From Massalongia carnosa (Eukaryota), in the NCBI GenBank assembly GCA_965645245.1, contig OZ287074.1, positions 1,798,001 through 1,862,000 of the forward strand: a DNA stretch of 64,000 nt. The letters run 5' to 3'. The notes beneath the pieces are model-generated. The model searched no databases. It was not told the origin of the DNA and saw only the letters and a program-made list of their open reading frames with translations. The position numbers were made by a program, and so were the translations under genes. How positions within the stretch are numbered: position 1 is the first letter of the stretch; the number at the start of each line of letters is the position of its first letter. Below, piece after piece: positions 26,238 to 37,784 of the stretch.

Positions 26238-28229
26238 ATGGATAACGACGCCTCCCTTGTCTCCACTCTCAACCCCATGGAAAGATTGAAAAAGGCGAAG
26301 GAATTTCTGACAAATCATCCCAAAGAAAGTAAAACGACTGCAGCTAGAATCTACAATATCAACGTCAAAACTTTGACGTCTTCCATTCGTCGACCAGAAG
26401 GGAGGAAAATTGGAGGACAAAATCAGATACTGAGGGAGCATGAGGCAAGGTCAATTACTGGCTTTATTAAGTCCTTATTGATTCATGGAATTCTTCCTAC
26501 ACATCAGATGGTTTTCAAGGCTATTGTAAGTCTGAAAAAGGCCTATAACCCCCTCGAGGTAGGCCCGTCAAGAAGATGGTTTCGGAGCTGGTGGAAATGT
26601 AACAAACTTCATAAAATAAAGACAAAACCACTAGCAATGATTCGTTATAAAGCTGCCCAAGAATCAGATGTGATGGAATGGTTTGAAAGGTATAGAGAGG
26701 TGTTGAAAGAGTTGAAAATTCGAAAAAGTCGGAACATTTTGAACTTTGATGAAGCTGGTTTTCGGGTTGGATGCATGAGGGGTCAGGAAATCATTGTTCC
26801 TGAGGAAATCAAACAATTCTACGCCGTCAGCCCGAAAAATCGCAGATCTGCGACAGTTATTGAGACTATCAATGCTGCCGGCGACTATCCCCCCCCTCCA
26901 ATGATCATCGTACAGGGTCATGACATCATGGCCACATGGTTTTCGGAAGGTGTGCCCTCGAACAGTGGTTTTACATCTGATAAGATAGCAATTGAATATT
27001 TGAAGCATCTTATCAAACATACAAATGCAGGACCTGATGCGGAATGGCAATTATTGCTGATGGATAATCATGGCAGTCATACAACCCCTGAATTTTCACT
27101 TTTGGCCAATGAGAATCGCATTCGACCCTTTCCCTTTATACCACATTTAACACATTGCATGCAACCATTGGATGTGGGCGTATTTCAGCCTTATAAGCAT
27201 TGGCATTGCAAAGCTATTGAGGAAGTCGTTGCGTCGTCATTTGTCGAGTATTCTCTGTCTCAATTTATACAGGACTTGACCAAAATCAGAAATCATACAT
27301 TCAAGACTTCTACGATTCGGCATGCATTTGAAAAGTCGGGAATGTGGCCGATTGATCCAAAGGCATGCATTCGTCAGCTGAAAAATTTCAATCCCAATGA
27401 TCCCAATGATTCATTAAACAGTCTGAATACGAATAATGAGCCCTCATTACCTCTACCCCCACCTCGTCAAATCCAACCGACAAAAGTAGCTGACATTGAG
27501 TATGGTTTGAATCAATGGGGACCGAAAATCAGAAAATCCATGCAATGGAGTGATCCCGCTCGGGCTGAGGAATGGGACTCATTTGTAGACAATACAAATG
27601 AAGTTGTTTCGAATACGATTATCGATGGCATGGAGCTGGAAATGCATCGAGAATCAAGAAGAAGTCAGTTAAATAACAGACGAATGTCTCGTAAACGTCT
27701 GAGACCAGAAACCGGGAGATTGGGAATCACAGCGGAAGATGCAAAGCAGGCTATAGCCATCAGACTACAACAGGATCAAGAGGCTGAGGAGAAACGAGCG
27801 AATAATAGCTTCATGAAGCTATGGCGAATAGAAAGAGACGAAATGCATGTCAAGGGATTGGCTGCTCGAAAAACAGAAAGAGATCAAGTCAAACAGCTGA
27901 AAGAAATGCAGAAAATACTCGGTCCCATTCCAATTGAGATGTATGAGAAGATTCCTGACCCCGAGGCATTATGGAAGGCCACGAATGAGGTATGGATAGC
28001 TGAGGAAGCGAAGAAGGAAATTAGAAAGAATCCGCGTGACAATGTCAATGAGGAAGATGTCACGTTTATCGTAGATAGCACTAGTCATGGAGATAATTCA
28101 ATCCTTCCAGATCTTCTAGAAGGAGAAACATGGCTACGAGATGATTTCGTATCTTTCGATTTGGAAGAATCATTGAAAGAATTCGATTTAGAAGCATCTT
28201 TTCAATCAGGAGATGCGAATAATTGGTAG
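26238..28229 (+). CDS. Fot1/pogo DDD transposase (DDE_1), 663 aa
   Basis: N-terminal HTH region, then NFDEAGF, LLMDNHGSH and QPLDVGVF, with 35 residues between the last two Asp (DD35D). No stops. Confidence 0.92.
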   Translation: MDNDASLVSTLNPMERLKKAKEFLTNHPKESKTTAARIYNINVKTLTSSIRRPEGRKIGGQNQILREHEARSITGFIKSLLIHGILPTHQMVFKAIVSLKKAYNPLEVGPSRRWFRSWWKCNKLHKIKTKPLAMIRYKAAQESDVMEWFERYREVLKELKIRKSRNILNFDEAGFRVGCMRGQEIIVPEEIKQFYAVSPKNRRSATVIETINAAGDYPPPPMIIVQGHDIMATWFSEGVPSNSGFTSDKIAIEYLKHLIKHTNAGPDAEWQLLLMDNHGSHTTPEFSLLANENRIRPFPFIPHLTHCMQPLDVGVFQPYKHWHCKAIEEVVASSFVEYSLSQFIQDLTKIRNHTFKTSTIRHAFEKSGMWPIDPKACIRQLKNFNPNDPNDSLNSLNTNNEPSLPLPPPRQIQPTKVADIEYGLNQWGPKIRKSMQWSDPARAEEWDSFVDNTNEVVSNTIIDGMELEMHRESRRSQLNNRRMSRKRLRPETGRLGITAEDAKQAIAIRLQQDQEAEEKRANNSFMKLWRIERDEMHVKGLAARKTERDQVKQLKEMQKILGPIPIEMYEKIPDPEALWKATNEVWIAEEAKKEIRKNPRDNVNEEDVTFIVDSTSHGDNSILPDLLEGETWLRDDFVSFDLEESLKEFDLEASFQSGDANNW

Positions 28230-28569
28230 AATGCGGGGTATGCGGGGTATGCGGAGTAAGCGGAGAATCACGAGGGTCAGGGAGTCAGGGGGGTCAAGGG
28301 AAATGATTTTGACGACGGTGATGATGACGGCGATGATTTTCAAGCTATGTACGGTAGCGACTGATTTTTAATCAACGTGGTTGTTGGTCAATGATCAAAA
28401 AGATGAAGAAATTTGAATTTGAGGGGATGCAACCGCTTTCCGGGATGCAACCGCTTTCCCCGATTAAAATGCGGTCGACATTTTTTCAAGTCGGATCCCG
28501 GAGGTAAGCGAGCCGACGATTACATATGCACACTTATTTGCCTGAGTACTTACAGTGCACCCTGGCTAT

Positions 28570-29895
28570 CGCTTTCGTCGCTGCGAAGGCACCACCCCCT
28601 CGCACTAGTAGTTAGCTGCTTTGCATTAGTAATCAGAACATCAAGCTTCTGTTTACCTTTTTAACCCCAAGCATCACCCGTTCTCAACCTCACGAACTGA
28701 TTTAGTTGCTCATCAATTATTGTGATTATCATCTCATATTTAATTGCAAAACATGGGACTAAATGAAGAAGAGATTCCTAGTGTTTCAGATAAATCTCCT
28801 ATCTCAGCAAAGCAGCACAAAATCAAGAGCAAGCGCACCGTCGAAAGCATTTTGGCCGATATTCCACCTCCCTCCCTCAATTACACTTCCGTGTCAGTTG
28901 CTGACAGACCTTCTAAATCACTAGCTAAAGGTCTTGCTGATTCGCCTCTTGAATTGTTTCAACTGTTCATTTCAGCTCAGCACTGTCGCATCATCGCGTA
29001 TCATACCAATATCAAGGCACACGACTATATAAAGAAGGAGAACGAGAATAATCATCGCGCATGGGATGACGTTATTAGGTCTGAGATCGAGGTGTTTCTG
29101 GGCATTCTTTTGTTTATGAGCTTGTATCATGCGCCTTCGAAGAGCGACTTTTGGAATACATGTTTTGATAAGCCTGTTTTCGTGTCTATTCAGGAGGCTA
29201 TGTTTCTGAATCGATTACCAGAACGAATCCTGTAGTATTCGTTAGCAATTAGTCTTTATTCTATGAACAACCTACGTTTGGGTCTCGGACGAGATCTCTT
29301 GGTCTGAGCACTTCTACATCCGTTAGTTCTTTGGATCACGTATACTCTCAGAGACCAGCACGTAGTAGCTATCTTCCACCTCTCACGCTGAGCATTTCCC
29401 CTTTCGAGATCAGTGTCGCTCGTGATTAGCTTACTGGTCTCGTAGCGCTTTACATCAAAGACGACGATATGAGCCTCAAACAAGCGTTCAAATCACAACT
29501 GATTGTTTTGTCAGTTCTTCTGAGCATCATTACATTCATTTGAACAAAAAAAAACGATGTGTGCATTGCAATGTCAATAAAACAAGACCTTTCAAGCGAA
29601 AGAGGAAATCACTGACTGAAAGAGACGCTAATGGAAACAAAAGAAAGCGACGAGATGCTCAGACAAAGTGGGCATGTGGAGGATGTCATTTGATTAAGCC
29701 TTGCTGTAAAAATCAGGACTGCTGGCAAGCAATTCATCTGAATTGAATGGAATTCATGTAAATAGTAATTGATTGGACACTCTGGCAAATAGGGGTAGCA
29801 ACATCTAGACTTGATTGGTCAATATTTAAGTTTCGGGAGTTTTAGACCATTTACAGTTAGTGCGAGAGGGTGGTGCCTTCGCAGCGACGAAAGCG
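28570..29895 (+). mobile_element. Internally deleted piggyBac-type element with ~38-bp TIRs, flanked by AT rather than TTAA
   Basis: The TIR CGCTTTCGTCGCTGCGAAGGCACCACCCYCTCGCACTA is at both ends with one mismatch. The N-terminal piggyBac motifs are SPLELFQLF...HTN and EIEVFLGILLFM...DFWN...M..NR (28744-29235). The C-terminal Cys-rich domain is RCVHC...QTKWACGGC...CC...CW..H (29540-29746). The catalytic core is missing. Confidence 0.85.
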
Positions 29896-30062
29896 ATAAC
29901 GATCTTGGTTATAACGATAATCTGGTTATAGCGATTTGACCTTGTGGAATCGATTATTTTGTTAGACAAATAACGATAACTTCTTTGTTCCGATATCGTT
30001 AGCACTTCTCGGATTTTTTTGGTGTGCATCGTTATAACCAGAATTATTTTTATCCAATTAAA

Positions 30063-31811
30063 ATGTCCTCGTCTACCTCAATATCAGCCAGTAATGGCCT
30101 CAGGGCCTCCATTTCACCTCCTCCACTTCGTAAAAGACGTCGCGCTATCACCGATGCGGAGCGAAAAGCTCTTCGTGATTAATATTTTGATGAATCAAAT
30201 GGTAGACCTCCCCATAAGCAACTTCGTCAGTGGTTCGAGCAGCAGTTTCATCATTTTCCCTCTCAATCGACTATATCCGAGTCACTTTCTTCCACTTTCG
30301 CTCACTTGGACAATAAGGTGCAGCGTTTAGAGGTCAGAAAAAACCGTGCAGCACAATGGCCAGATCTCGAAGACGCTTTATTCGAGTGGCAGCAACCAAT
30401 GATGCGAAAAGAAGCTACAATAACAGGAGAAATTCTTAAAGAGATAGCCGCTATCTTTTGGAGTAAGCTTCCTCAATATGCTGACGAAGAACAGCCCAAA
30501 TTCTCTACTGGCTGGCTGGATGGCTTCAAAAATCGACATCAGATCAGAAAATATAAAGACATGGCGAGGTCAGTGCTGTTGATAATGTAGTCGTAGAGAC
30601 TGAGCTGAAGAATATACGTGAGCATCTCAAAGAATATGATAATCGCGATATTTTCAATATGGATGAGACAGGTCTTTTTTGGAAGATGAGCCCGGATGGT
30701 ACGCTTGCCACTCAGCAAACACCGGGAGGTAAACACGAAAAAGCCAGAATATCTGTCAATTTCGCTACAAATGTGACCGGCACGGACAAACTTCCTCCAT
30801 GGTTCATTGGAAAAGCCGCAAATCGTCGCTGTTTTGGACGATCTGGCATTAACATCCACAATTTCCGAATGGTCTGGCGTTTCAATCAAAAGGCCTGGAT
30901 GACTGGACGAATTTTCAAAGAATATTTGCTTTGGTTTGATAATCGAATGACTGGACGCAAGGTAATTCTTTTGATAGATGGATTTTCAGCTCATAAAGCA
31001 GGTGATTCAGCTATAACACGATTTGATGAATTCATTCACTCACTGAGTTAACAGGCATCGATTTATTGTATGAAGAATTTCCGCTGGCCTTACAAACACG
31101 AAAATCCTTTTCCTTCCTGCGAATGCAACCTCTCTATGTCAACCTCTCGATCAAGGTATTATTCATGCCTGGAAAGCTCATTATCGAAGAAGATGGCTGC
31201 GTTACAGTTGTTCTGAATACGAAAAAGACATTGATCCCACTAAAACAATGAACGTTTTACAAGCTATTCGTTGGGGGATTGACGCATGGGAGCAGGACGT
31301 TACTGAGACAACAATCAATAATTGCTGGGTGAAATCTCGGGTGTTGAGTGCTAAATATGGTCCAGTGAACAGAGAGGAGGCGGAGAATATGGGCTGGCAT
31401 CAAAAGGTGAAGGAGGATAATTCTTCATATGACGTTGTCATTTCGAGTATGGCTCAACAAATACATCATCTGGTTCATCAGGATAGAATCGCAAAGGCGA
31501 TGTCTATTACTCAGTTTTTAAATCCACAAGAGGAGGATGTTTATGACACCGAGGAAGTCTTGATCGACGACATCGTCAATTCGTACAGCAGGGAGGAAAG
31601 AGCTTATGAGACCAATGAGGAGGATGTAATCATGCCTCGAATTCGTCATAATGAGGCTATTTTGGCTCTACAAACTCTTCGTTTGTATGAAGAACAGCAG
31701 GATGAAGGTGATAGTGAGCTCATTTCACGTATAAATCGACATGAAAGGGTTATCAGGCAAAGGACCAAGCAGGGGCTTAAACAAACCACAATTGATAGCT
31801 ATTTAACATAG
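30063..31811 (+). pseudogene. CENP-B/Abp1-like (Tc5/Tigger) transposase with one intron, one stop and two 1-bp frameshifts
   Basis: Motifs: RRRAITDAERKALR, SQSTISESL, WPDLEDALFEW, FSTGWLDGFKNRH, FNMDETGLFWK, LLIDGFSAH, FLPANATSLCQPLDQGII. Intron 31002-31054. TAA at about 30180. Frameshifts at about 30556 and 31095. Confidence 0.85.
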
Positions 31812-32496
31812 TAAATGGGGGGAACTCAAGCTTTCTTTGGGTATAACGATATTCTCCTTATAACGATTTGACCTCATGGAAAATCAAAATCGTTATAGCC
31901 AGGGTGCACTGTATTTAGATGCCTTACGTAGTACTCTGTGCAGGTAACATGGATCAAGGGGTTTCCACTTTTCCTTTTGGCTGTAGCGTTTGATATGTGC
32001 TTTCACTAAGCCAGACCTGGCTGGTAGTATTGTCCTCGGATCAGGTAATAGTGGCGTTAGCCTTGATGTAGCTTTGCTTGATCCTTTATGCCAAGCATGC
32101 CAAGCTGCCAAACATGCTGCCCGGGCGTGAAAAACTTGACAAAGACTTCATCTCTACGTCACCTAACCTGTTTCCCTCATCAGCGCTTCATTGAATACAA
32201 TTCCAGTAAGATATTCTCCGCCGCTACGAGACTCCACACATAAAGTATGTCGCTGAATTGCTTTCTATCACTATCGATCGACCAAGGTATCAGTATTGCG
32301 GTTGGTACAAAATTACTGGCTAATCCCTGCTACTTAGCATTTTGGCCCCAACGCAGCCAGAAAGGCTAGCTCCATATTGCATATTGGCAATCAACTTCAT
32401 TTCGGCTCATCAAATCGCGATACGGTTGATACAGAATCCACTTTTTACATTTTCCCGCGCTACAGCGTCTGAAAAATCAAACCTACCCTTCGCATT

Positions 32497-34487
32497 ATGC
32501 GTAAGTTATCTCCAATCACTCAGACCAGCTCTGGACAGATTTTGGGCTGATTGTTTTTGATACAGACAAAACGCGTAGCGCAGCGCACAAGATAGGCTGG
32601 TCCTCAAGCAAACATGGAAGGAACTGGAGTCCTTTTTGCAAGTACAAGAGGCCAGATTACACCAATGACTTGGAGAACGACCTACAAGCTGTCCATTCCG
32701 AAAGCTGTTTGACTCCGTCGGCGGAAATAAATCGGAAACGTCAACACAACGGCTCGTTCCAAGGTCCTCAGCATTCAAAATCAATGCCGTTGGTTCCAAC
32801 AAGGCTGAACGGATCGATTTCATCTCCAAGAGATGTTGTGGAGGATGCGGATCATAAAGAGAAGAGTCAGGACTCTGAAGCTAGGACAAGCGATACCATC
32901 CTTGCCGAAGAACCCGAGGTCGATGGCCAACCACGACGAAGGTTTCCCTACATGGGTCGACTTCACAATGACGATAAGGAGAAGAAAGGGCTACGACGGG
33001 CGTCGACGTCTCACTCAAAGAAAAAGAAGCAGAAATTTACCTTTGTGGGCCAACTGAGAGCTACAGTTCTGAACTCATGGATCAACGTGCTCTTTGTTTT
33101 CATACCAATCGGGATTGCGATGCACTTCGCCAAAGTTAGCCCGGTTGTGATTTTTGTGACGAATTTTATTGCCATCATTCCTCTTGCGGCGATGCTGAGT
33201 TATGCCACCGAAGAAATAGCTCTGCGCACGGGAGAGACTATTGGTGGACTATTAAACGCCTCCTTTGGGTAAGTTGGGTTCTCGGTTAAACATTCCCAGG
33301 GGCTGATGGAGATTAGCAATGCCGTGGAACTCATCGTTTCTATTATTGCCCTGGTTCATAAAGAAGTGTTGATTGTTCAAACATCCTTAATCGGAAGTAT
33401 ATTGTCTAATCTACTCTTGGTCATGGGGATGTGCTTCTTCTTCGGTGGTATCAATCGCATGGAACAACACTTCAATGTGATTGTTGCCCAGACGGCTGCA
33501 AGCTTGCTAGCTTTGGCTGTGGCAAGTCTCATTATACCTGCTGCTTTCGCAGCCTGGTCGACAGGTAAGCGCTTACGACTAAAAAACTCTATATAGCTAT
33601 TCAACGTTAACACTCAGCCCAGACAACCCTAGTTTAGGCAAGACACATATTACGGCGCTTTCGCGTGGCACTGCTCTTCTTCTCCTCCTTGTTTATGGAG
33701 CCTACCTTTTCTTCCAGCTTAAGACCCACATAGATATGTACAACAAGCCAAGTAAGAAAGTTGAGAAACGACACGCAAAAGTGGAATCAGGGGATGCTAC
33801 CAAAAATATGGCTGCTATGGGCGCCAATCTCTCGTCTACGTTGGGAGGTGAAGCGACGCAAGACACGCCCTTACGAGAGCCAGACGAGGAGCCAGACGAA
33901 CCGCAGCTCAGCGTTGTAGTCGCCATAGCCGCTCTTTGCATCTCAACCGCTCTCGTGGGTATTTGCGCCGAGTTCTTGGTTGACAGTATCAACAATCTTG
34001 TCGAGATTGCTCATCTCTCAAAAACCTTCGTGGGACTCATTCTTTTACCCATTGTTGGCAATGCGGCAGAACACGCAACGGCAGTGACCGTAGCGATAAA
34101 AGATAAAATGGACCTAGCTATAGGAGTGGCTGTCGGTTCCAGCATGCAAATTGCGCTTCTCGTCATTCCCTTCGTTGTTGTGCTCGGTTGGTGTATGGGC
34201 AATGAAGATATGAACTTAGGGTTTGATGGATTCCAGATCGCCATTCTATTCGTCACAGTTTTACTCGTGAACTATCTTATCCAGGATGGCAAATCGCATT
34301 GGTTAGCATGCTCACAAGCTTAGATGTTTCGCATTAGTGACAGACTATTAGGCTCGAGGGTGTGCTTCTAATGACCTTGTATATAATCATTGCTGTAGCT
34401 GCTTGGTCAGTTAACACCCCCTTTCTGGAATATCCTACTTATCAATCATCCAGGTTTTATCCAGCCAATGAATCAACTGGGGCATAG
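32497..34487 (+). CDS. VCX1: Vacuolar Ca2+/H+ exchanger (CAX family, Vcx1-like)
   Basis: A 4-nt first exon (32497-32500) is followed by intron 32501-32565. Motifs: [83 protein letters not shown]. The stop TAG is at 34485-87. Exact orthology among fungal CAX paralogues is untested. Confidence 0.92.
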
Positions 34488-35632
34488 CTGCTCAGTATAG
34501 CTGCTCGAATTCTTACGATGAAAAAGGCGATTTTCATTTGCGAGCCGCGAAGGTAACTGATACTGATCTGATCTTAATCATTAGATTAATATTCGATAAC
34601 TTTTTCTGCCTTTTCTTTTCTTTGAACATAATTTGTCGATCCTCTCTAGGTCAAAATGGTCGGGTTTGACTCAATACACCTTACACTTGTCATGAGACAT
34701 CTATACATCTACCTTCAACTCCATTAACAAACGTCAGTATACGTCACCACTATGGAGGAAAACATGGCAAGTCTGGAAGTATCCAGGATGGTTTTTCACA
34801 CAAGACCATGTCTTAGTGCATCTACCTTACTCAAAGTGGCCTCTTTTCTCGCCTGAAATTTTCATCCAAGAGGCGCTTCCTGGGGTTAGTCTTCCTCTCA
34901 AATACGGCGCATGTTTTCTTTCTTTTCCTCTGTGTACTCTTCAAGATTGTTTCTTTTTCGGGATTTCATTGATACTTTCTTACCTGGTCAGCTAGATTTT
35001 TCAGCATTTCTCTCGGTTCATTTGAAGTCTTCCATCAAATTGGCGTTAAATTCTTCCTTCTGATTAGATTTCAATGATGAATTTACGAGTTTTATCCAAT
35101 ACTCACATCTATGTCTTAACGGCTTGAAAGATCCTCAGGTTTGTTCTTCATCCTGATCGCTCACTCGATTTTAATTGAGGTATTCTGTAGCCTAGTGACA
35201 CAACGTAATATACCATGCGGTAACTTTCTGCTGACGCGAATTTAAATCCATCAAGCTGATCGACGGGCTTATGTAACTGATATAGTATTTTATCTTGATG
35301 GTTGATCTGCAATAAATTGAGTTTGAAATCATGCAAAAAGAGATTACCTGAAATAGAAAGAAAAATTCTGATGTTTCAGTGTTTTTCTGTTATTCATGAA
35401 GATTCTGCTCTCGCTGGCTTTAACTTCCCCCGGTTCATCATTTTCGAATCTTTATCCTCTATACCAAAACTGTATTTTGACGTTGCAATCTGATTTTATA
35501 TTAGGGAACTAGTGGTTTTACCCTGGGGCCAGGTTTCCACTTCCTGACTGTTGTTTATGTACATAAATAGCAGTCACAGCGTCATATCCTTAGGATGCAT
35601 ACGCTTAATGAATTAATAATAATAAAAAAATA

Positions 35633-36192
35633 CCGGGACACCCCTTTTCACTACCTTGACACCCTCATTCTCTAGGTTAACACCCCCAAGTAAGCTAACT
35701 CGATTGAGTATAAATTTCCCTCGGACGCAGAAACAACTGAAGAAAACATTCTCGATTTGAAGAAATTCAGGTGTGTTTTAGACAGTCGTTTGATGCTTCC
35801 TCGATGATCGTTTTCAATGAATTGAGCTTCATTTCGTATTTACATTCGAAAGGCCTGAAACAAATCCACTTCATCTACTTCAATCGATTGGATAGCTTCA
35901 CCGGAGACCACCTCTTCATTCCTCTCTCTGCCCTCGCCCCCGCCCCCGCCTCGGAGGCCCATTCAACATCTCCTCGACATGTTCGAACTCTGATAACTCC
36001 CGTTGAGTAGAGTTATCAGCCTTTCGTTGCTCTTTCCGATTGTAAACGAACCGCGATTGTAGGACGCCCTATGAAATGCATGCAGGTATGGTTCCAGCTC
36101 GGGAACGGATAAACTATCCAATCGGGTTAGCTTACTTGGGGGTGTTAACCTAGAGAATGAGGGTGTCAAGGTAGTGAAAAGGTGTGTCCCGG
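35633..36192. mobile_element. Non-autonomous MITE (Tc1/mariner-type), ~75-80-bp TIRs, TA TSD
   Basis: TA|CCGGGACACCCCTTTTCACTACCTTGACACCCTCATTCTCTAGGTTAACACCCCCAAGTAAGCTAAC... is matched by its reverse complement ending ...GTCCCGG|TA. The element is 560 bp with no transposase. Confidence 0.9.
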
Positions 36193-36587
36193 TATTAGTT
36201 CCCTTATATTATCAGCACAGATTTGACTATCGGAGAAAGAAGGACTGAAACTCTATTTTGTGGGAGTCGAGACTTGCTAAGATGGAGATTCAGGTTGGTG
36301 GAGGCCCTCGATAGTATGCTGGCCTCTTGCAGAAAATTGACGTTGATAATGCAGCGATTTCTTTACACCCGTTTGCAAAATGGTGTGCCGAACTTTGAAC
36401 CCCGAAACTGCGCGGTAAAAAAAAAAATAATAAGCGACAGAATTGGACCACACACCAGAATTTGGTGCAGTAGCTAATAGCCCTCCTCCCCTTCACACTG
36501 CCCTTTGCAGTCTATAGGATAATATGGTTAATGATATCCTTTTGATTGTCATTTGTATGAACTTTCAACGTAGTTATTCCAGTCATC

Positions 36588-36926
36588 ATGCCTCGAAAAC
36601 AGCCTCCTAAACAGCCTTCAAAACAGCCCCCCAAACAGCCCTCCAAACAATCATGAAAACGGGCATCTACTACTGAATTACCTAGGAACTCAGCACCTTC
36701 ATTTAAACATAGGCTTAGAATCAATCCTCCTAGATCATCATCACCAGTTTTAAATGCCCGTATTCCTGATCTTCCATCACGTCCACCTTTACCATCTCCT
36801 CCAGCTTCTCCTTCGGCTTCGCCTTTACCTCCTCATTGTCTCCTCCTCCCCGAGCCAAGGAATGTTCGTCCGACTCGCAGTAGTACGCCTTCTCCTTGTC
36901 TTTCTGAGCTATCTAGTGCTCCTGAA

Positions 36927-36962
<36 letters not shown>

Positions 36963-37380
36963 CCTGTTTTGTTTACTCTGATTTACAAACCAAACCATTC
37001 AGCAGTGGAAAGGTACTGTTTATGAGGAAAAATGGGAGAAAATGGGAATCGAACCTGGCATCGGCATACGTTTGGCTCGCGATGTCAGCAAATTTGCTAG
37101 ACAATTGAACCAGCAATCATCCGAGCACGATTCTGAATCTATAATTGTTCCTCCTCCTCCATCAGAATCACGTTCCTCCAGTCAATCTTTGCCAAAGAAT
37201 TTCCGGCCAAGCTTCAATGTACGTCCGCTAACTACTAGGACTACACAAAAGGCTTTGAATGACGAGGAGGAGGGAGAGGAGAAGGAGGAGGACCTTGACG
37301 AGGACGAGGAGGAGGAAGAGGAGGAGGACAATAAGGAGGACGAGGAGGACGAGGAGGATGATACGGAAGACAGTAGCTGA
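36588..37380 (+). pseudogene. Degenerate second (cargo) gene within the Tc1 element: Pro/Ser-rich N-terminus, WEKMGIEPGIGIRLARDV motif, acidic tail
   Basis: ATG at 36588 (MPRKQPPKQPSKQ...), in-frame TGA at 36654, (GAGCCT)n = PEPEPE at about 36925-36966, a frame change near 36985, then ORF 37042-37380. Confidence 0.55.
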
Positions 37381-37784
37381 TGAGGAAATTGATTTTTATG
37401 AGTTTTATTCAATACTAGACTGTCGAAACAATGCACCTGCATCATGTGAAACATCTTCACTTATAGCCTGTAGTGCTATGCAAATATAGCTTCACTTTGT
37501 AGGTATAATAGCATGATTGTCATTGAAGGTGTGGATTATATGTGAGCTATCTACTCATTATATAGCAGTCACATTGAAGACTTTCCGGCGACCCCCTTTC
37601 ATAGGGAGTCAGCTGGTCCACGATTCTCGGTCCCCAGAGGTCACTTCGGCCCCCGTGGTAGGGTCACCAAAGATAGGCACTAGACGGATGCCCATGATAG
37701 TAGTCTAACAGTTCTTACCATCTAACACTTACCCTCTAACAGTTCTTACCATCTAATAACTAGATGGATGTTAGATGTTAGTCC

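Larger units (their letters stand above)
25900..28520 (+). mobile_element. Fot1/pogo-type DNA transposon with long TIRs and TA TSD
   Basis: TA at 25898-99 and 28521-22. The TIR starts ATCGTCGGCTCGCTTACCTCCGGGATCCGAC. The left TIR is about 25900-26159 and the right about 28334-28520. The element encloses a 663-aa transposase. Confidence 0.95.
28553..31911 (+). mobile_element. CENP-B/Tigger-like pogo-family DNA transposon; left TIR interrupted by a nested element
   Basis: TA at 28551-52 and 31912-13. The right end reads ATCGTTATAGCCAGGGTGCACTG. The left end CAGTGCACCCTGGCTAT (28553-69) resumes as ATAACGAT at 29896. TATAACGAT subterminal repeats occur at both ends. Confidence 0.92.

Noticed and set aside
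28661..29829. TTAA at 28661 (TTAACCCC) and 29826 as canonical piggyBac ends
   Set aside because: There is no inverted repeat between these sites. The real 38-bp TIRs lie further out, at 28570 and 29895.
34750..35480. Coding-like AT-rich minus-strand fragments downstream of VCX1
   Set aside because: Multiple stops and no recognisable motif. They may be a relic but cannot be assigned.
35499..36208. Short outer inverted repeat AGGGAACTA...TAGTTCCCT around the MITE as another element
   Set aside because: The match is only about 9-13 bp with no clear TSD, and a similar word occurs at about 39192, so chance cannot be excluded.
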